Assembly (NCBI GenBank): GCA_944392985.1
Contig: CALXYL010000007.1
Coordinates: 15,989 to 79,988 of the forward strand
Source: an uncultured Spirochaetaceae bacterium
GTDB taxonomy: Bacteria > Spirochaetota > Spirochaetia > Sphaerochaetales > Sphaerochaetaceae
Direction: 5' to 3'
Length of the DNA: 64,000 bases
Part shown: positions 1 through 10,127 of the stretch, piece by piece
How positions within the stretch are numbered: position 1 is the first letter of the stretch
Layout: the number at the start of each line of letters is the position of its first letter
Position numbers and translations under genes: made by a program
Notes under the pieces: model-generated
Seen by the model: the letters and a program-made list of their open reading frames with translations, nothing else
Told to the model about the DNA's origin: nothing
Databases searched by the model: none

Positions 1-1432
1 TGCCGTTTGCATCGATATCGAAAGTGACCTCGATCTGCGGCACTCCGCGCGGTGCGGGAGCGATGCCCTCGAGATTGAAATTTCCAAGCGTCCTGTTCTG
101 GGAAGCAAGCTCACGCTCACCCTGGAGAACATGGATGGAAACCGCAGTCTGTCCATCGCTTGCCGTCGAGAAGATCTGGCTCTTGCGTGTAGGGATTGTC
201 GTGTTCCTCTCGATCAGCTTCGTGCATACACCACCGAGCGTCTCGATACCGAGTGAAAGCGGAGTTACATCAAGAAGAAGCACATCCTTGACATCACCCT
301 TGAGGATACCGCCCTGGATTGATGCACCGACTGCAACGACCTCATCAGGATTGACTCCCTTATGCGGCTCCTTGCCGAAGAGCTCCTTTACAAGAGCCTG
401 TACGCACGGAATCCTTGAAGAACCTCCGACGAGGATGACCTCATCGACGCCCGAAGCGGAGATGCCAGCATCGCGGAGTGCATTCTCGCACGGAATCCTT
501 GTCCTCTCCACAAGCGGAGCGATCATCTGCTCGAACTTAGCCCTTGTAAGCTCCATCTGAAGGTGCTTAGGACCAGTTGCATCAGCAGTGATGAACGGCA
601 GGTTGATGGTGGTCGTCGTAGAGGAGGAAAGCACGATCTTGGCCTGCTCTGCAGCTTCCTTCAGCCTCTGGAGCGCCATCTTGTCCTGCGAAAGGTCGAT
701 GCCTGTGTTCTTCCTGAAGTCAGCGACCATCCAGTCGATGATCACCTGATCGATATTATCTCCTCCAAGATGGGTGTCACCATTGGTGGACTTCACCTCG
801 AAAACCCCGTCACCCAGCTCAAGGATGGAGATATCGAAGGTACCGCCGCCGAAATCGTAGACAGCAATCGTCTCCTCCTTGTCGGACTTATCCTTACCAA
901 AGCCATATGCAAGTGCAGCGGCTGTCGGCTCATTGACGATCCTCTTGACCTCAAGGCCAGCGATACGTCCAGCATCCTTTGTCGCCTGGCGCTGTGCATC
1001 GTTGAAGTATGCAGGAACTGTGATGACAGCCTCAGTTACCGGCTCGCCAAGATAATCCTCTGCAGTTTTCTTCATCTTCTGCAGGATGATCGCGGAGATC
1101 TCCTGAGGTGAATACTCATGTCCCCTGATGGAGACCTTTATCTCGTCATTGGCACCAGATACAACCTTGTACGGCACCATCTTGATCTCTTCCGAAACCT
1201 CATGGAACTTCCTTCCCATGAATCTCTTGATGGAATAGACAGTGTTCTCAGGATTCGTGACCATCTGGTTCTTTGCGGGCTTTCCCACAAGGCGGTCAGT
1301 ATCGGTGAATCCAACGACGGACGGCGTCGTCCTGTCCCCTTCGCTGTTCGCGATAACAACAGGCTCATTGCCTTCCATCACGGCAACGCAGCTGTTCGTA
1401 GTTCCAAGGTCTATACCTATGATCTTTCCCAT
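1..1432 (-). CDS. dnaK: Chaperone DnaK (Hsp70), first ~477 codons; 3' end runs off the window
   Basis: Reverse translation from ATG at 1432-1430 gives [17 protein letters not shown]. The window edge reads [18 protein letters not shown]. It is missing from the ORF track because there is no stop in the window. The + strand ORFs at 24-1498 are its antisense. Confidence 0.95.
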   Translation of the reverse strand, partial: MGKIIGIDLGTTNSCVAVMEGNEPVVIANSEGDRTTPSVVGFTDTDRLVGKPAKNQMVTNPENTVYSIKRFMGRKFHEVSEEIKMVPYKVVSGANDEIKVSIRGHEYSPQEISAIILQKMKKTAEDYLGEPVTEAVITVPAYFNDAQRQATKDAGRIAGLEVKRIVNEPTAAALAYGFGKDKSDKEETIAVYDFGGGTFDISILELGDGVFEVKSTNGDTHLGGDNIDQVIIDWMVADFRKNTGIDLSQDKMALQRLKEAAEQAKIVLSSSTTTTINLPFITADATGPKHLQMELTRAKFEQMIAPLVERTRIPCENALRDAGISASGVDEVILVGGSSRIPCVQALVKELFGKEPHKGVNPDEVVAVGASIQGGILKGDVKDVLLLDVTPLSLGIETLGGVCTKLIERNTTIPTRKSQIFSTASDGQTAVSIHVLQGERELASQNRTLGNFNLEGIAPAPRGVPQIEVTFDIDANG

Positions 1433-1521
1433 TTTATCTTCTCTCCATATTCAGTCTTGAAAGCTATTCCGGAGCCCAGGCTCCGTATCCAGAGGTAAAA
1501 TAATAAGCGGCGGGTTTATCG

Positions 1522-2127
1522 TCAATTGCCTTTCGGCTTTCCCACGACAACCTTTGCGGCCCTTATCACCTTGCCATGGAGCTTATAGCCCTTGAGGAAT
1601 ACCTGGATGACCTTCTCCTTGTCGATATCATCCATCTCCTTCATCATGCATGCCTCCATATCAGAAGGATCGAAATCCTCACCATCTGGCGAGAACGCCT
1701 CAAGGCCCCAGTTGTTCTTCAGTATCGTGTGGAGCTGGTCCTCAACCATCACGACACCTGTTTTTATCGTATCGAAGTCCTTTGATGTCTCTGCCGCCTC
1801 GATAGCACGCGAGAAGTTATCAAGCGGATCAAGAAGATCACGGATAAGAGCCTCATTTGCATACTTGACCGCATTCTCCTTCTCCTGCCTTAGACGCTTC
1901 TTGTAGTTCTCCGTCTCTGCCGCCTCGCGGAGTTCCTTGTCCTTGAGATCGGCAATGGTCTCCTCGAGCTCCTTCACCTTAGCGCGGAGAAGCTCTGTTT
2001 CAGAAACCTCTTCAGCTGCAGTCTCCGCCGCATTCTCCTGCTCTCCGGCAGTCTCCTTCGATTCCTCTTCCTTCCTGATTTCCTCTTCAGCCATTCCTGA
2101 GCCTCTTCTATTCTTCTTCTTTTTCAT
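1522..2127 (-). CDS. grpE: Nucleotide exchange factor GrpE
   Basis: 201-aa ORF with an acidic N-terminus. The GrpE core reads ETENYKKRLRQEKENAVKYANEALIRDLLDPLDNF. It sits directly upstream of dnaK. The true start may be the internal ATG at 2094 (MAEEE). Confidence 0.9.
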   Translation of the reverse strand: MKKKKNRRGSGMAEEEIRKEEESKETAGEQENAAETAAEEVSETELLRAKVKELEETIADLKDKELREAAETENYKKRLRQEKENAVKYANEALIRDLLDPLDNFSRAIEAAETSKDFDTIKTGVVMVEDQLHTILKNNWGLEAFSPDGEDFDPSDMEACMMKEMDDIDKEKVIQVFLKGYKLHGKVIRAAKVVVGKPKGN

Positions 2128-2156
2128 TTGTCAGCATGCCAAAAGGGCACAAAGGA

Positions 2157-2185
2157 AAGTTAACAACAGTAAGGGAAATGGTCAA
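2157..2185 (-). promoter_or_regulatory. Sigma70-like promoter for grpE-dnaK
   Basis: Minus strand reads TTGACC (2185-2180), a 17-nt spacer, then TAACTT (2162-2157), about 30 nt before the grpE ATG. Confidence 0.4.
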
Positions 2186-2193
2186 ACACCAAT

Positions 2194-2217
2194 GCATCCA
2201 CCCCGAAGGATGGATGC
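2194..2217 (-). terminator. Hairpin downstream of the giant lipoprotein gene (UUCG tetraloop)
   Basis: Minus strand reads GCATCCATCC-TTCG-GGGTGGATGC. This is a 10-bp stem with one G-U pair that exists only on the minus transcript. The trailing U-tract is weak (ATTGGTGTTTG). Confidence 0.4.
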
Positions 2218-2239
2218 AGATTGGCTGGATCAAACAAGA

Positions 2240-5200
2240 TCAGAAGTAGCGGATGCCGTAGGGGCTACCGAATGAGATATTCATATCAAATGTAATAGAT
2301 CCAGAATTCAGCACCCAGCATGATTCAACATCCCTTTCTGTTGAGCTAATAATACGATTTATCCTTTCAGGAAAGAGCAATGTTTCATCAACACTGGGAA
2401 GATACCAATCATCATAGCCATTGATTTCGGCATGATAAACAGCTTCAGCAATACTTACGTCCACCAAATAACCCCCTTCCTTTTCTGAATAAACATTACC
2501 GGCCCTCATCTCAACAAGAAGTTCAGTATTCCTCTTTCCTTCTCCTATTCCAGAGCGAGTGCAATCATATTCGTTGTATGTCTCTGTGCCATTCACGAAA
2601 AGATTTGGCCCATAAGGATCAGTCCGATAATATCCCATACGAAATGAATCAGGAGTATTGCTGAATGTGAATTCAGGGGTGTCTCCAGATGTTGATGTCT
2701 GATCAACCATGCCAGGGCTTATCTCAATGAATCTCCAGCCATCAGCACCAGCAGAATCATTGTCATAGATGATCCGTCCACCAGCAGGGCCCTCAATGCC
2801 GCTGAATAGGTCAATGGCTCTTATCCCAGAACAGTTGCCATCGGCATCCTTCAGCTGTAAAAATACAGATTCAGACTGCAATATGCTTTCCACTTCTTCA
2901 ACACTAAGTGAGTAATCAATCGAAGAAGCAAAGGGCTTCCACGCTGCTTCGGAAATGGCATTAGGATCAGTAGAGATCCTGTATTCCGCAATATCCTTTC
3001 CATTCATGCATTCAACATCAATGTGGAGCCGTCCCGGAGTGATTGAATAGCCATCATCAATCTTCGCATATGCCTCCCCATCCCATTCAGCTGTGTAGGC
3101 AATATATGCATCACCTTTATAGCCAGCATATTCATTCCTGTCCTTCAGCCACCCATCATAGACGACCTTGGTCAGATTGAAGTCATCATAGAAATCCTCG
3201 ATGAATGACAGATTCGCATCCTCACTGCTTGCCTCAAGCTCACGGGTATTCGTATACCCCCAGAAGTTGAAGCGGAAATCGTGTTCAGTTGTCGAGATTC
3301 TTGAGAAATCAGTCGAAACATTATCAAGGTCATTGAAGGAGACTCTGATTGGAATAGAATAATCGGGACGATTCTCCAAGAGTCTTAATTCAGTATCAGC
3401 AAAGTCGTTTGCAAACATCTCAGTCTCTAATCCAAGCAACTCAAGCTCAATACTTTCGCAATCTTCAAATGTATTCGATTCAAGCAGGAAATAACCACCA
3501 AAGCCTCTCTGCTCGATTGAAAAAACATCAAACCCCCGAATCAGATTATCGGCAATAATGTATTGTGGTACGTATTCATTGAATTTAATGGATGAAGAAT
3601 CACCAGAAGCAGAAATCACATTGCCTACAAGATACAGATCCTTATTTTCGCCATATATGTCAGAGAAAAGGTTGGCTGTAACCGAACATCCAACGATCAT
3701 CGAATCCCCAGAGATACGAACATCACCAACCACCTCCGAATCCTTCAGGATGCCTGAGAACTCACTCAGTGCCTCTCCTTCTGATGTGATCCTTGAATCA
3801 GTCACGAAGAGGTTGCCGGAGATACCTTCTACCGGATCGAGCATCAGCACGTGTTCAAGGATACTGCCGCTCTGGTAAACAGGATCATACTCCGATCCCG
3901 AATAAGTAACATCGCTCACGCCCCGAATGCCAAGCCACTTGCCTTCACCCGCATCCGCACCGCGCATCGATATCGGCTCAGCTTCAGTTCCTCTTGCACT
4001 GAGCGTACCTTCCACCTGAATGCAGTAAGGCCCTATGAAGATGACATCGGCACCTGGATCGACAGTCAGCGTATCCCCTTCCTCGACAAGGATGTCGCTT
4101 TCAACAAAGTATGGTCCCTCTTCCTTCGTCCAGTGGAGATCATCCCCTTTGAGAACCCCACCGACAGTCCTCTTCTGGTCTGTCAGCTCTATTGAATCAC
4201 TCTTGATCTCAGAAACATTGCCAGCTTTGTCAAACACCCTTATGTAGACGTTCTTGATGCCATTGACTTCCTCAAGTTCCCGCTCAAAGACAGCATAGTA
4301 GTCCTCGTAATCGACAGGGGTATCGAAATCAGTGTCAAAGAACACCTGCATCTTATCAAGGCCGCTGCCCTCGTCATTTGCATCAATCCCAATCGTGACA
4401 ATCCTGCTGACAGATGTATTCGCACCATCATTGATTGTCACGCTGCTGAGAACAGGAGCTGTTGTATCCACAAGTGTGAAATCCTCCACTTCCCTTGTGG
4501 CAAGCGGCTCAAGCCCTGTGATAACCGTACTCTGGTTATCCCATCCATCCTTGCTGAATGTGACAGTATGGGTACCGGTGGAGATCAGATTCCCAATGTA
4601 GTAATAGCCGGTGGAATCAGTGACAACGGAAAGCTCCCCATCCACCCCTTCTGTCGTGACCGTCACCTTTATTCCCGCATGATAGCTCATATCCTCAAGA
4701 TAGACATGACCTATGATGTTGGAGGAATTCGGAATCATCATAATCGTACCGAGATCACAGACTGGTGAAGCTGAGACTGTGAACTGATGCTCTGCACGCG
4801 GTGTATTCTCACGCTCCGCTATCAACTTGTAGTCTCCGACAGGAACATGCTCAAAGCGGAATCCGCCGCTCTTGTCAGTCACCACACTGAACTGCGTATT
4901 CTCAAGATAGACATGGACACCATCATCATCAGCGGCTGCAACATCGATGCGCCCGGCAACAGGAACGGCGATTGCCTTGAGTTCGCTGTCAGGCACAGAG
5001 AATGTACCATTCGTAAGAACCGTGATTGTCTCCGCAATGGTAACGCTATCGAAATCATCACGGCTGTATCTGATACCGCCAGGATAATTCGCAGATGGCA
5101 CAGAAAGCTCCCAGCTTCCATCATCTGCAGTCTCTGTGGAATAACTGGTGCCGACAAGCTCCACAAGTATCCCGCTATGGTCAGCATACCCCTCAAGCCT

Positions 5201-7207
5201 CGCTATTCCGCTGATCCTGCCCTTATCCACAATGAGCGTCACGGGATCAAGGATATGCTCCCCTTCCCCTGTTATATCGACACTTTCAAGAGTGACGGTA
5301 CCAAACCCCCTTGCACTCAGGGTGATGATATATTCGCCTGGCTTCATGCCGACAAGGGAGAAGCTGCCCTCCGAATTGGAAAGAGCGGAATAGATCAGGC
5401 CGTGATCCGCGACAGAGGTTGCCGTTATCGTGACGCCAGCATAATCAGAGAGCGTCTCAAGCGTGACAGTTCCTGAAACGCTCCTCACCCCGGCTTTGAG
5501 CGTGAGAGCATCCAGCGTCACATCAGAAGCGGGTGCCACCGCGATATCCTCGATCACAGCAGAGACATAGCCATCCTTCGAGATTGTCAGGTCATATGTC
5601 CCGGGGACTACGGAACTGAATACGAAGCTGCCATCCTGCCCAGTCGTCACAGTCCTGCTGTTTGTATCATTCTCCAGGAGAAGAAGGATTCCCTCATGGC
5701 TCGCGGCTCCTTCAAGCGTCACTTTGCCGCTTACTACCGCAGAGCTTCTCTTCAAAGTCACATCATCCATCTGGTACGATCCGCCAAGGCTCACGTTGAC
5801 GATGGTTGGCGACGATGAGATATACCCGCTCATCGAAGCAGAGACAAGGTACTCAGCCTCCTTTTCGATCCTTATGGCAAATGTGCCATCTGCACCGGTT
5901 ACGCCAGTATAGCTGACAGCGTCATCAAGATTGATGCTTGAAGCGGTGACAGTGATGCCGGAATGCACATCGCTGCCGCTGATAAACACCTTGCCTAGAA
6001 CATAGCCATAGGCCGCAGCAAGGGAAGCATTGACAGATGATGATTCCCCTGCCGTGACTGATACGCTCTCCTTGACGGTTGTGTAACCATCCTTCATGAA
6101 TGAGATGGTATATGTTGCCGGAATGACATTGGAAAGGATGAATGCGCCATCCTCACCTGTCTGGATTGAATAGCTGTATCCTTCGCTCTCCGCAAGTATT
6201 GTAACATTCTGAGGCACATTTCCATCAGTAAGGGTGACGCTTCCCTCGATGGTGCCTCCCGCTGAATCGATTGTCACAAAAGGAACATCCGTAATGGCGG
6301 GAGACTTCACTTCTATATCCTTCAGGATGGCATTCTGATAGCGGCTGTCATTGGGAACGAAGCGCAGCGTGTAGATACCATCGGAGAGGTTGCCGATTGT
6401 GTACCTTCCGCTCTCATTGCTCGTCGTTGTGCTGCTGTTCGTCGCATCGTTCTGGTCAGTTGCTGTGACAGTGACGATAGGGAGCTCTGCACCTGTGAAT
6501 CCTCGGAAGATGACACTGCCGCTGATAGCGCCCACATCAGGGACAAGAACCACATCGGGAACAGTGACTGTATTCTCTTCCTTTTCCTCGTCGATATGAA
6601 GCCATATATCTGTCTCATAATGCGTGGAATAGCCATCATGCATGAAAGCGACCCTGTATTCCCCTTCAGGGACATTGGAAATCGTCCACGCTCCGCTTCC
6701 GTCGGTCTTTGCCATATATGATGAACCGGGGATGAATACATCGATGCCTGTGAATTCGCTTTCTCCAGAAAGAGTGACCCTGCCGGTAAGCGATCCCAGT
6801 GGCTTCATGGTCACGATACCGGCATCTCCGCCTTCGCCTTTATCAGCATAGACATCATCCTTCTTGCCGCCATAATGCCCAAGATGAAGGCCATTGTCTC
6901 CCACCTTCCTTGTGACCGTATTGCCGAATGGCTCTGTAGAGAAATAGAGAGTATATGGAACATCCTCCTTGAGCCCGGTGATCACGAAGCTGCCATCTTC
7001 GGAAGCCGTATATTGATTGCCTGTCTGTCCGACCTGGATGAAGATATCAGAAGGAGAGACGCCACTATCCTCTGGCACCATCACCCGCCCTTTGATAGTG
7101 GGTGTCTGGAAATCCTGCTCCGTTATGCTGTCATTGCATGACGCAAACAGTGAAACAAGGATAAGGATGAGAACAACAAAGGAAATCCCGGATATTCTTA
7201 CACGCAT
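2240..7207 (-). CDS. Giant modular surface lipoprotein (1655 aa): lipobox, about 10 CarboxypepD_reg-like repeats, beta-helix-like region, DUF1566-like C-terminus
   Basis: Signal peptide plus lipobox: MRVRISGISFVVLILILVSLFASC. About ten ~85-aa repeats follow the pattern (I/V)xGxVxL...G(I/V)xV......T(D/G)xxGxFxxxxVxxGxYxxxxSxxGY. The region starting GDTLTVDPGADVIFIG looks like a beta-helix. The C-terminus contains GPAGGRIIYD...GWRFIE...GYDDWYLPSVDE. Confidence 0.8.
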   Translation of the reverse strand: MRVRISGISFVVLILILVSLFASCNDSITEQDFQTPTIKGRVMVPEDSGVSPSDIFIQVGQTGNQYTASEDGSFVITGLKEDVPYTLYFSTEPFGNTVTRKVGDNGLHLGHYGGKKDDVYADKGEGGDAGIVTMKPLGSLTGRVTLSGESEFTGIDVFIPGSSYMAKTDGSGAWTISNVPEGEYRVAFMHDGYSTHYETDIWLHIDEEKEENTVTVPDVVLVPDVGAISGSVIFRGFTGAELPIVTVTATDQNDATNSSTTTSNESGRYTIGNLSDGIYTLRFVPNDSRYQNAILKDIEVKSPAITDVPFVTIDSAGGTIEGSVTLTDGNVPQNVTILAESEGYSYSIQTGEDGAFILSNVIPATYTISFMKDGYTTVKESVSVTAGESSSVNASLAAAYGYVLGKVFISGSDVHSGITVTASSINLDDAVSYTGVTGADGTFAIRIEKEAEYLVSASMSGYISSSPTIVNVSLGGSYQMDDVTLKRSSAVVSGKVTLEGAASHEGILLLLENDTNSRTVTTGQDGSFVFSSVVPGTYDLTISKDGYVSAVIEDIAVAPASDVTLDALTLKAGVRSVSGTVTLETLSDYAGVTITATSVADHGLIYSALSNSEGSFSLVGMKPGEYIITLSARGFGTVTLESVDITGEGEHILDPVTLIVDKGRISGIARLEGYADHSGILVELVGTSYSTETADDGSWELSVPSANYPGGIRYSRDDFDSVTIAETITVLTNGTFSVPDSELKAIAVPVAGRIDVAAADDDGVHVYLENTQFSVVTDKSGGFRFEHVPVGDYKLIAERENTPRAEHQFTVSASPVCDLGTIMMIPNSSNIIGHVYLEDMSYHAGIKVTVTTEGVDGELSVVTDSTGYYYIGNLISTGTHTVTFSKDGWDNQSTVITGLEPLATREVEDFTLVDTTAPVLSSVTINDGANTSVSRIVTIGIDANDEGSGLDKMQVFFDTDFDTPVDYEDYYAVFERELEEVNGIKNVYIRVFDKAGNVSEIKSDSIELTDQKRTVGGVLKGDDLHWTKEEGPYFVESDILVEEGDTLTVDPGADVIFIGPYCIQVEGTLSARGTEAEPISMRGADAGEGKWLGIRGVSDVTYSGSEYDPVYQSGSILEHVLMLDPVEGISGNLFVTDSRITSEGEALSEFSGILKDSEVVGDVRISGDSMIVGCSVTANLFSDIYGENKDLYLVGNVISASGDSSSIKFNEYVPQYIIADNLIRGFDVFSIEQRGFGGYFLLESNTFEDCESIELELLGLETEMFANDFADTELRLLENRPDYSIPIRVSFNDLDNVSTDFSRISTTEHDFRFNFWGYTNTRELEASSEDANLSFIEDFYDDFNLTKVVYDGWLKDRNEYAGYKGDAYIAYTAEWDGEAYAKIDDGYSITPGRLHIDVECMNGKDIAEYRISTDPNAISEAAWKPFASSIDYSLSVEEVESILQSESVFLQLKDADGNCSGIRAIDLFSGIEGPAGGRIIYDNDSAGADGWRFIEISPGMVDQTSTSGDTPEFTFSNTPDSFRMGYYRTDPYGPNLFVNGTETYNEYDCTRSGIGEGKRNTELLVEMRAGNVYSEKEGGYLVDVSIAEAVYHAEINGYDDWYLPSVDETLLFPERINRIISSTERDVESCWVLNSGSITFDMNISFGSPYGIRYF

Positions 7208-7285
7208 AGCTCTACCCCCCAGAGAATACAGAATAGAAAGTATTGCGCAATAGAAGATTATTCAATAGCAGGATACAATATTCCC

Positions 7286-8245
7286 ATGAACATCACAGTG
7301 CTTGACGGCTATGTCCTCAATCCAGGGGACCTTACATGGGAAGGCTTCGAGAGCCTTGGGAATCTGACAGTCTATGACAGGACAGCTCCGGAGGATGTGA
7401 TTCCGCGTTGCATCGACAGCGAGATAATCATCACGAACAAGGTTCCGTTCACAAGGGAGATAATGGAAGCCCTGCCTAAGCTGAAGTACATCGGAATCAC
7501 TGCAACCGGCTACAACATAATCGATATCGAAGCCGCGGCAGAGATGGGAATCACTGTCACCAATGTCCCAGAATACAGCACCGAAGGAGTCGCGGAATCC
7601 GTATTCGCGCACATCCTCGCCTTCACACACCGTGTCGAAGAGCACTCAGAGCGTGTCAGGAATGGCGAATGGAGCGCTTCTGGCTCATTCTCCTATGCCT
7701 GCTATCCTCTGATGGAGCTCTATGGCAAGAGACTTGGGATCATAGGCATGGGACATATCGGGATGAGGACAGCGGAGATCGGGGCTGCGTTTGGTATGGA
7801 GGTTGTTTACTTCACCCGCACTCAGAAACCAGAAGCTGAAGAGAAGGACTTTATCCCTCTTCCGCTTGAAGAAGTCCTCTCCACCTCCGATTTCATCTCG
7901 CTCCATGTACCGGAGACAAAGGAGACAAGGGGGATGATCAGCAGGGAACGCCTCAGCATGATGAAGAGAAGCGCCATCCTCATAAACACTGCCAGGGGCG
8001 GTCTTATAGACGAGGATGCGCTCTGTGAGGCACTCAGAAGCGGCACGATTGCAGGCGCTGGCCTTGATGTCATGCGTGAAGAGCCACCGAAAGCCACTTC
8101 AGCGCTTATCGCCCAGAAGGAATGCATCATCACCCCGCATATTGCCTGGGCAGCAAAAGAGACAAGGACGAGGCTGATGAACAACACCCTCGATAACCTT
8201 GTCTCCTTCCTGATCGGCACGCCGAAGAATACAGTCAGGCCCTGA
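7286..8245 (+). CDS. D-isomer-specific 2-hydroxyacid dehydrogenase (glycerate/hydroxypyruvate reductase type)
   Basis: 319 aa. NAD-binding GIIGMGHIGMRTAEIGAAFGMEVVYF. Catalytic-region motifs INTARGGLIDE and ITPHIAW. Confidence 0.85.
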   Translation: MNITVLDGYVLNPGDLTWEGFESLGNLTVYDRTAPEDVIPRCIDSEIIITNKVPFTREIMEALPKLKYIGITATGYNIIDIEAAAEMGITVTNVPEYSTEGVAESVFAHILAFTHRVEEHSERVRNGEWSASGSFSYACYPLMELYGKRLGIIGMGHIGMRTAEIGAAFGMEVVYFTRTQKPEAEEKDFIPLPLEEVLSTSDFISLHVPETKETRGMISRERLSMMKRSAILINTARGGLIDEDALCEALRSGTIAGAGLDVMREEPPKATSALIAQKECIITPHIAWAAKETRTRLMNNTLDNLVSFLIGTPKNTVRP

Positions 8246-8246
8246 G

Positions 8247-10118
8247 TCAGCTCTCATCATCGCCGAGGTCGACTTCCTCGACGTTGCCTGTGAAGATATC
8301 ATCGGGGAACTCCTCGATCATGTCCTCTGGCTTGCGGCGCTCCTCCTTCTTCGGAGCCTCCTCTACAGGGGGCTCTTCCTTTGCCTGTGGTTCCGCCTTC
8401 CTTCTTTCCTTCTCGAGATTCGCGATCTGCAGCTTCAGGCGGACAAGCGCAGCTTCCTCGCTGATCCTCGCGCTCTTGGATTTCTGCATATCATCATTGA
8501 GACGCTCCAGCTCCTTGTTCCGCTCCTCGATCTCCCCATCCATGCGCCCGACATCCTGCTGAGCGGAAAAGAGCTCTTCACGTGATGCGGTGATCTTCTC
8601 CTGAAGCTCCTGAAGCTGCTCCTCTGATGCCTTTATCTTCCTATCAAGCTCCTGAAGCCTCTCGACGGAATCCTGGATCCTCTCCTGCTCTCCCTGCGTC
8701 AGCAGCGTGATCGTCTCCCGTGTATCATTGATACGATCAGCAACAGCTCTGATGAACGCATCGGAATCGCTCTTTATGCGCTCATAGCGCTGGTTCACGC
8801 CCTCCAGCATCTGGGCAAAGCTCTTGGATACAGCATCGCGGGAAGCCTCAATGAACGAACTTCTCTCGCCATCAAGCGCAATACGGGCCGCCTCGATATT
8901 CCTGATGCCCTCAGCCACAGCCTTCGAAGCATTATCCTCTGCCTCGCTGCAGCTTGCGCGGAGCGATTCGGAGGAAGTCTCAAGCGAATGCTTCTCAGCC
9001 TCCACACGCTCAGCGATTGACGCCGCTATATTCTCAAGCTCAGCCTTCTTCCCTTCAAGGAACGCCTCTGCATCAGCTTCCTGCTCCTTGATCAGAGCGC
9101 CGATGCGCCCAGAAAGGGCATCCGCGTTATCTGAAAGATCCCCTTTCCTCTTCTCGATCTCATCAGCACTTGATGCCGAAAGCTCCTCAAGGGCCTTCCG
9201 GGCGGAAGCAATCGCCTCCTCCGCAGCAGAGGAAGCCGCTGCAGCGGATGCCTCGACAGATTCCCTGAAGGAGGCAGCAGCAGCCTCTCCTTCTCCCTTG
9301 ATGCCATCGCGGAGCGAAGAAAGAGAGGAAACTGACTCCTCAAGCTCCTTGCGGAATGCCTCCAGGCTGTCCTTGCCATCTTCGAGGCTTTGCATGATGC
9401 TGCTCCGCCTGTTCTCCGTATCGATCGTGCAATCCTCCGCCTTCTTCATCTCGCTATCGGAGAATGCCTTGAAATCCATCCTCTCCTGCGTGACGAATGA
9501 AGCGAAAAGCTCCTTGGCACGTTCAATCTGATCCCTGAAGGAAGCAAGCATATCCTGGTTATCGCTCTTCTGCATCTCAGCAGCGCTCTTCAGGCTCTCC
9601 TGAGTGGATGCAACGAGCCTGACGTACTCAGCCTTGAGATCCTGCAGCTGGTTGAGGCTCCTCTCCGCCTCCGCACGGAAGCTGTCCATCCTGTCATTGA
9701 CAGCCTCGACCTTGCGCACTTCCTGCTGTACGGCAGAGATCCTTGCCTCCGCCTGATCCGTTGATATCCTCAGCTTCTCAAGTGCCGTCTTGTATTCAGC
9801 GCACACCGCCTGAAGGGCCGAAAGATCCTCCTGATAATCAGAAAGCGTCTTCAGCGAATCGCTGATCTGCCTGACCATATCCGCCGCACTGGAGACCGAG
9901 ATCTCGACATTCTGCTCGCACTCCTTGGATGTAGTCCTCATCCTATCAAGCGTAGCTGCTGCCTCCGTACGGAATGCAGACTGCTGCATCGTGATCATCT
10001 TCGACATCCTGTCATTCCTGATACTGCGCTTTGTCAGCATAGCCACAACGATATCGATCAGCAGTCCTGCAACAAGTATAAGCGCTCCGAAAAGAAGCAT
10101 ATTCGAGTCCATCTGCAT
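8247..10118 (-). CDS. Membrane-anchored long coiled-coil protein (623 aa), unknown function
   Basis: One N-terminal TM helix (LLFGALILVAGLLIDIVVAML). About 550 aa of A/E/S/L/R/K-rich, heptad-like sequence follow. The tail is acidic (EEFPDDIFTGNVEEVDLGDDES). It is 9 nt downstream of the HAD gene. Confidence 0.7.
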   Translation of the reverse strand: MQMDSNMLLFGALILVAGLLIDIVVAMLTKRSIRNDRMSKMITMQQSAFRTEAAATLDRMRTTSKECEQNVEISVSSAADMVRQISDSLKTLSDYQEDLSALQAVCAEYKTALEKLRISTDQAEARISAVQQEVRKVEAVNDRMDSFRAEAERSLNQLQDLKAEYVRLVASTQESLKSAAEMQKSDNQDMLASFRDQIERAKELFASFVTQERMDFKAFSDSEMKKAEDCTIDTENRRSSIMQSLEDGKDSLEAFRKELEESVSSLSSLRDGIKGEGEAAAASFRESVEASAAAASSAAEEAIASARKALEELSASSADEIEKRKGDLSDNADALSGRIGALIKEQEADAEAFLEGKKAELENIAASIAERVEAEKHSLETSSESLRASCSEAEDNASKAVAEGIRNIEAARIALDGERSSFIEASRDAVSKSFAQMLEGVNQRYERIKSDSDAFIRAVADRINDTRETITLLTQGEQERIQDSVERLQELDRKIKASEEQLQELQEKITASREELFSAQQDVGRMDGEIEERNKELERLNDDMQKSKSARISEEAALVRLKLQIANLEKERRKAEPQAKEEPPVEEAPKKEERRKPEDMIEEFPDDIFTGNVEEVDLGDDES

Positions 10119-10127
10119 AGCACCCCT

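Noticed and set aside
24-1498. Three consecutive + strand ORFs (178, 182 and 126 aa) at the window start
   Set aside because: They are antisense to dnaK. The N-terminus of dnaK ([14 protein letters not shown]) and its internal motifs read cleanly on the minus strand.
2128-2190. Searched for a CIRCE operator (TTAGCACTC-N9-GAGTGCTAA) upstream of grpE-dnaK
   Set aside because: No match was seen, and no hrcA gene is present upstream. Only a sigma70-like promoter was noted.
7215-7220. G6 run (C6 on the + strand) just upstream of the giant lipoprotein ATG, considered as another phase-variation tract
   Set aside because: It is short and lies 7 nt before the ATG, where it more plausibly serves as the G-rich SD. 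It has no TTGACG cassette around it.
8824-9531. 235-aa + strand ORF inside the coiled-coil gene
   Set aside because: It is the antisense of an A/E/S-rich coiled-coil gene. The translation is S/A-rich low complexity, as expected from the reverse complement of GAA/GCA-rich codons.
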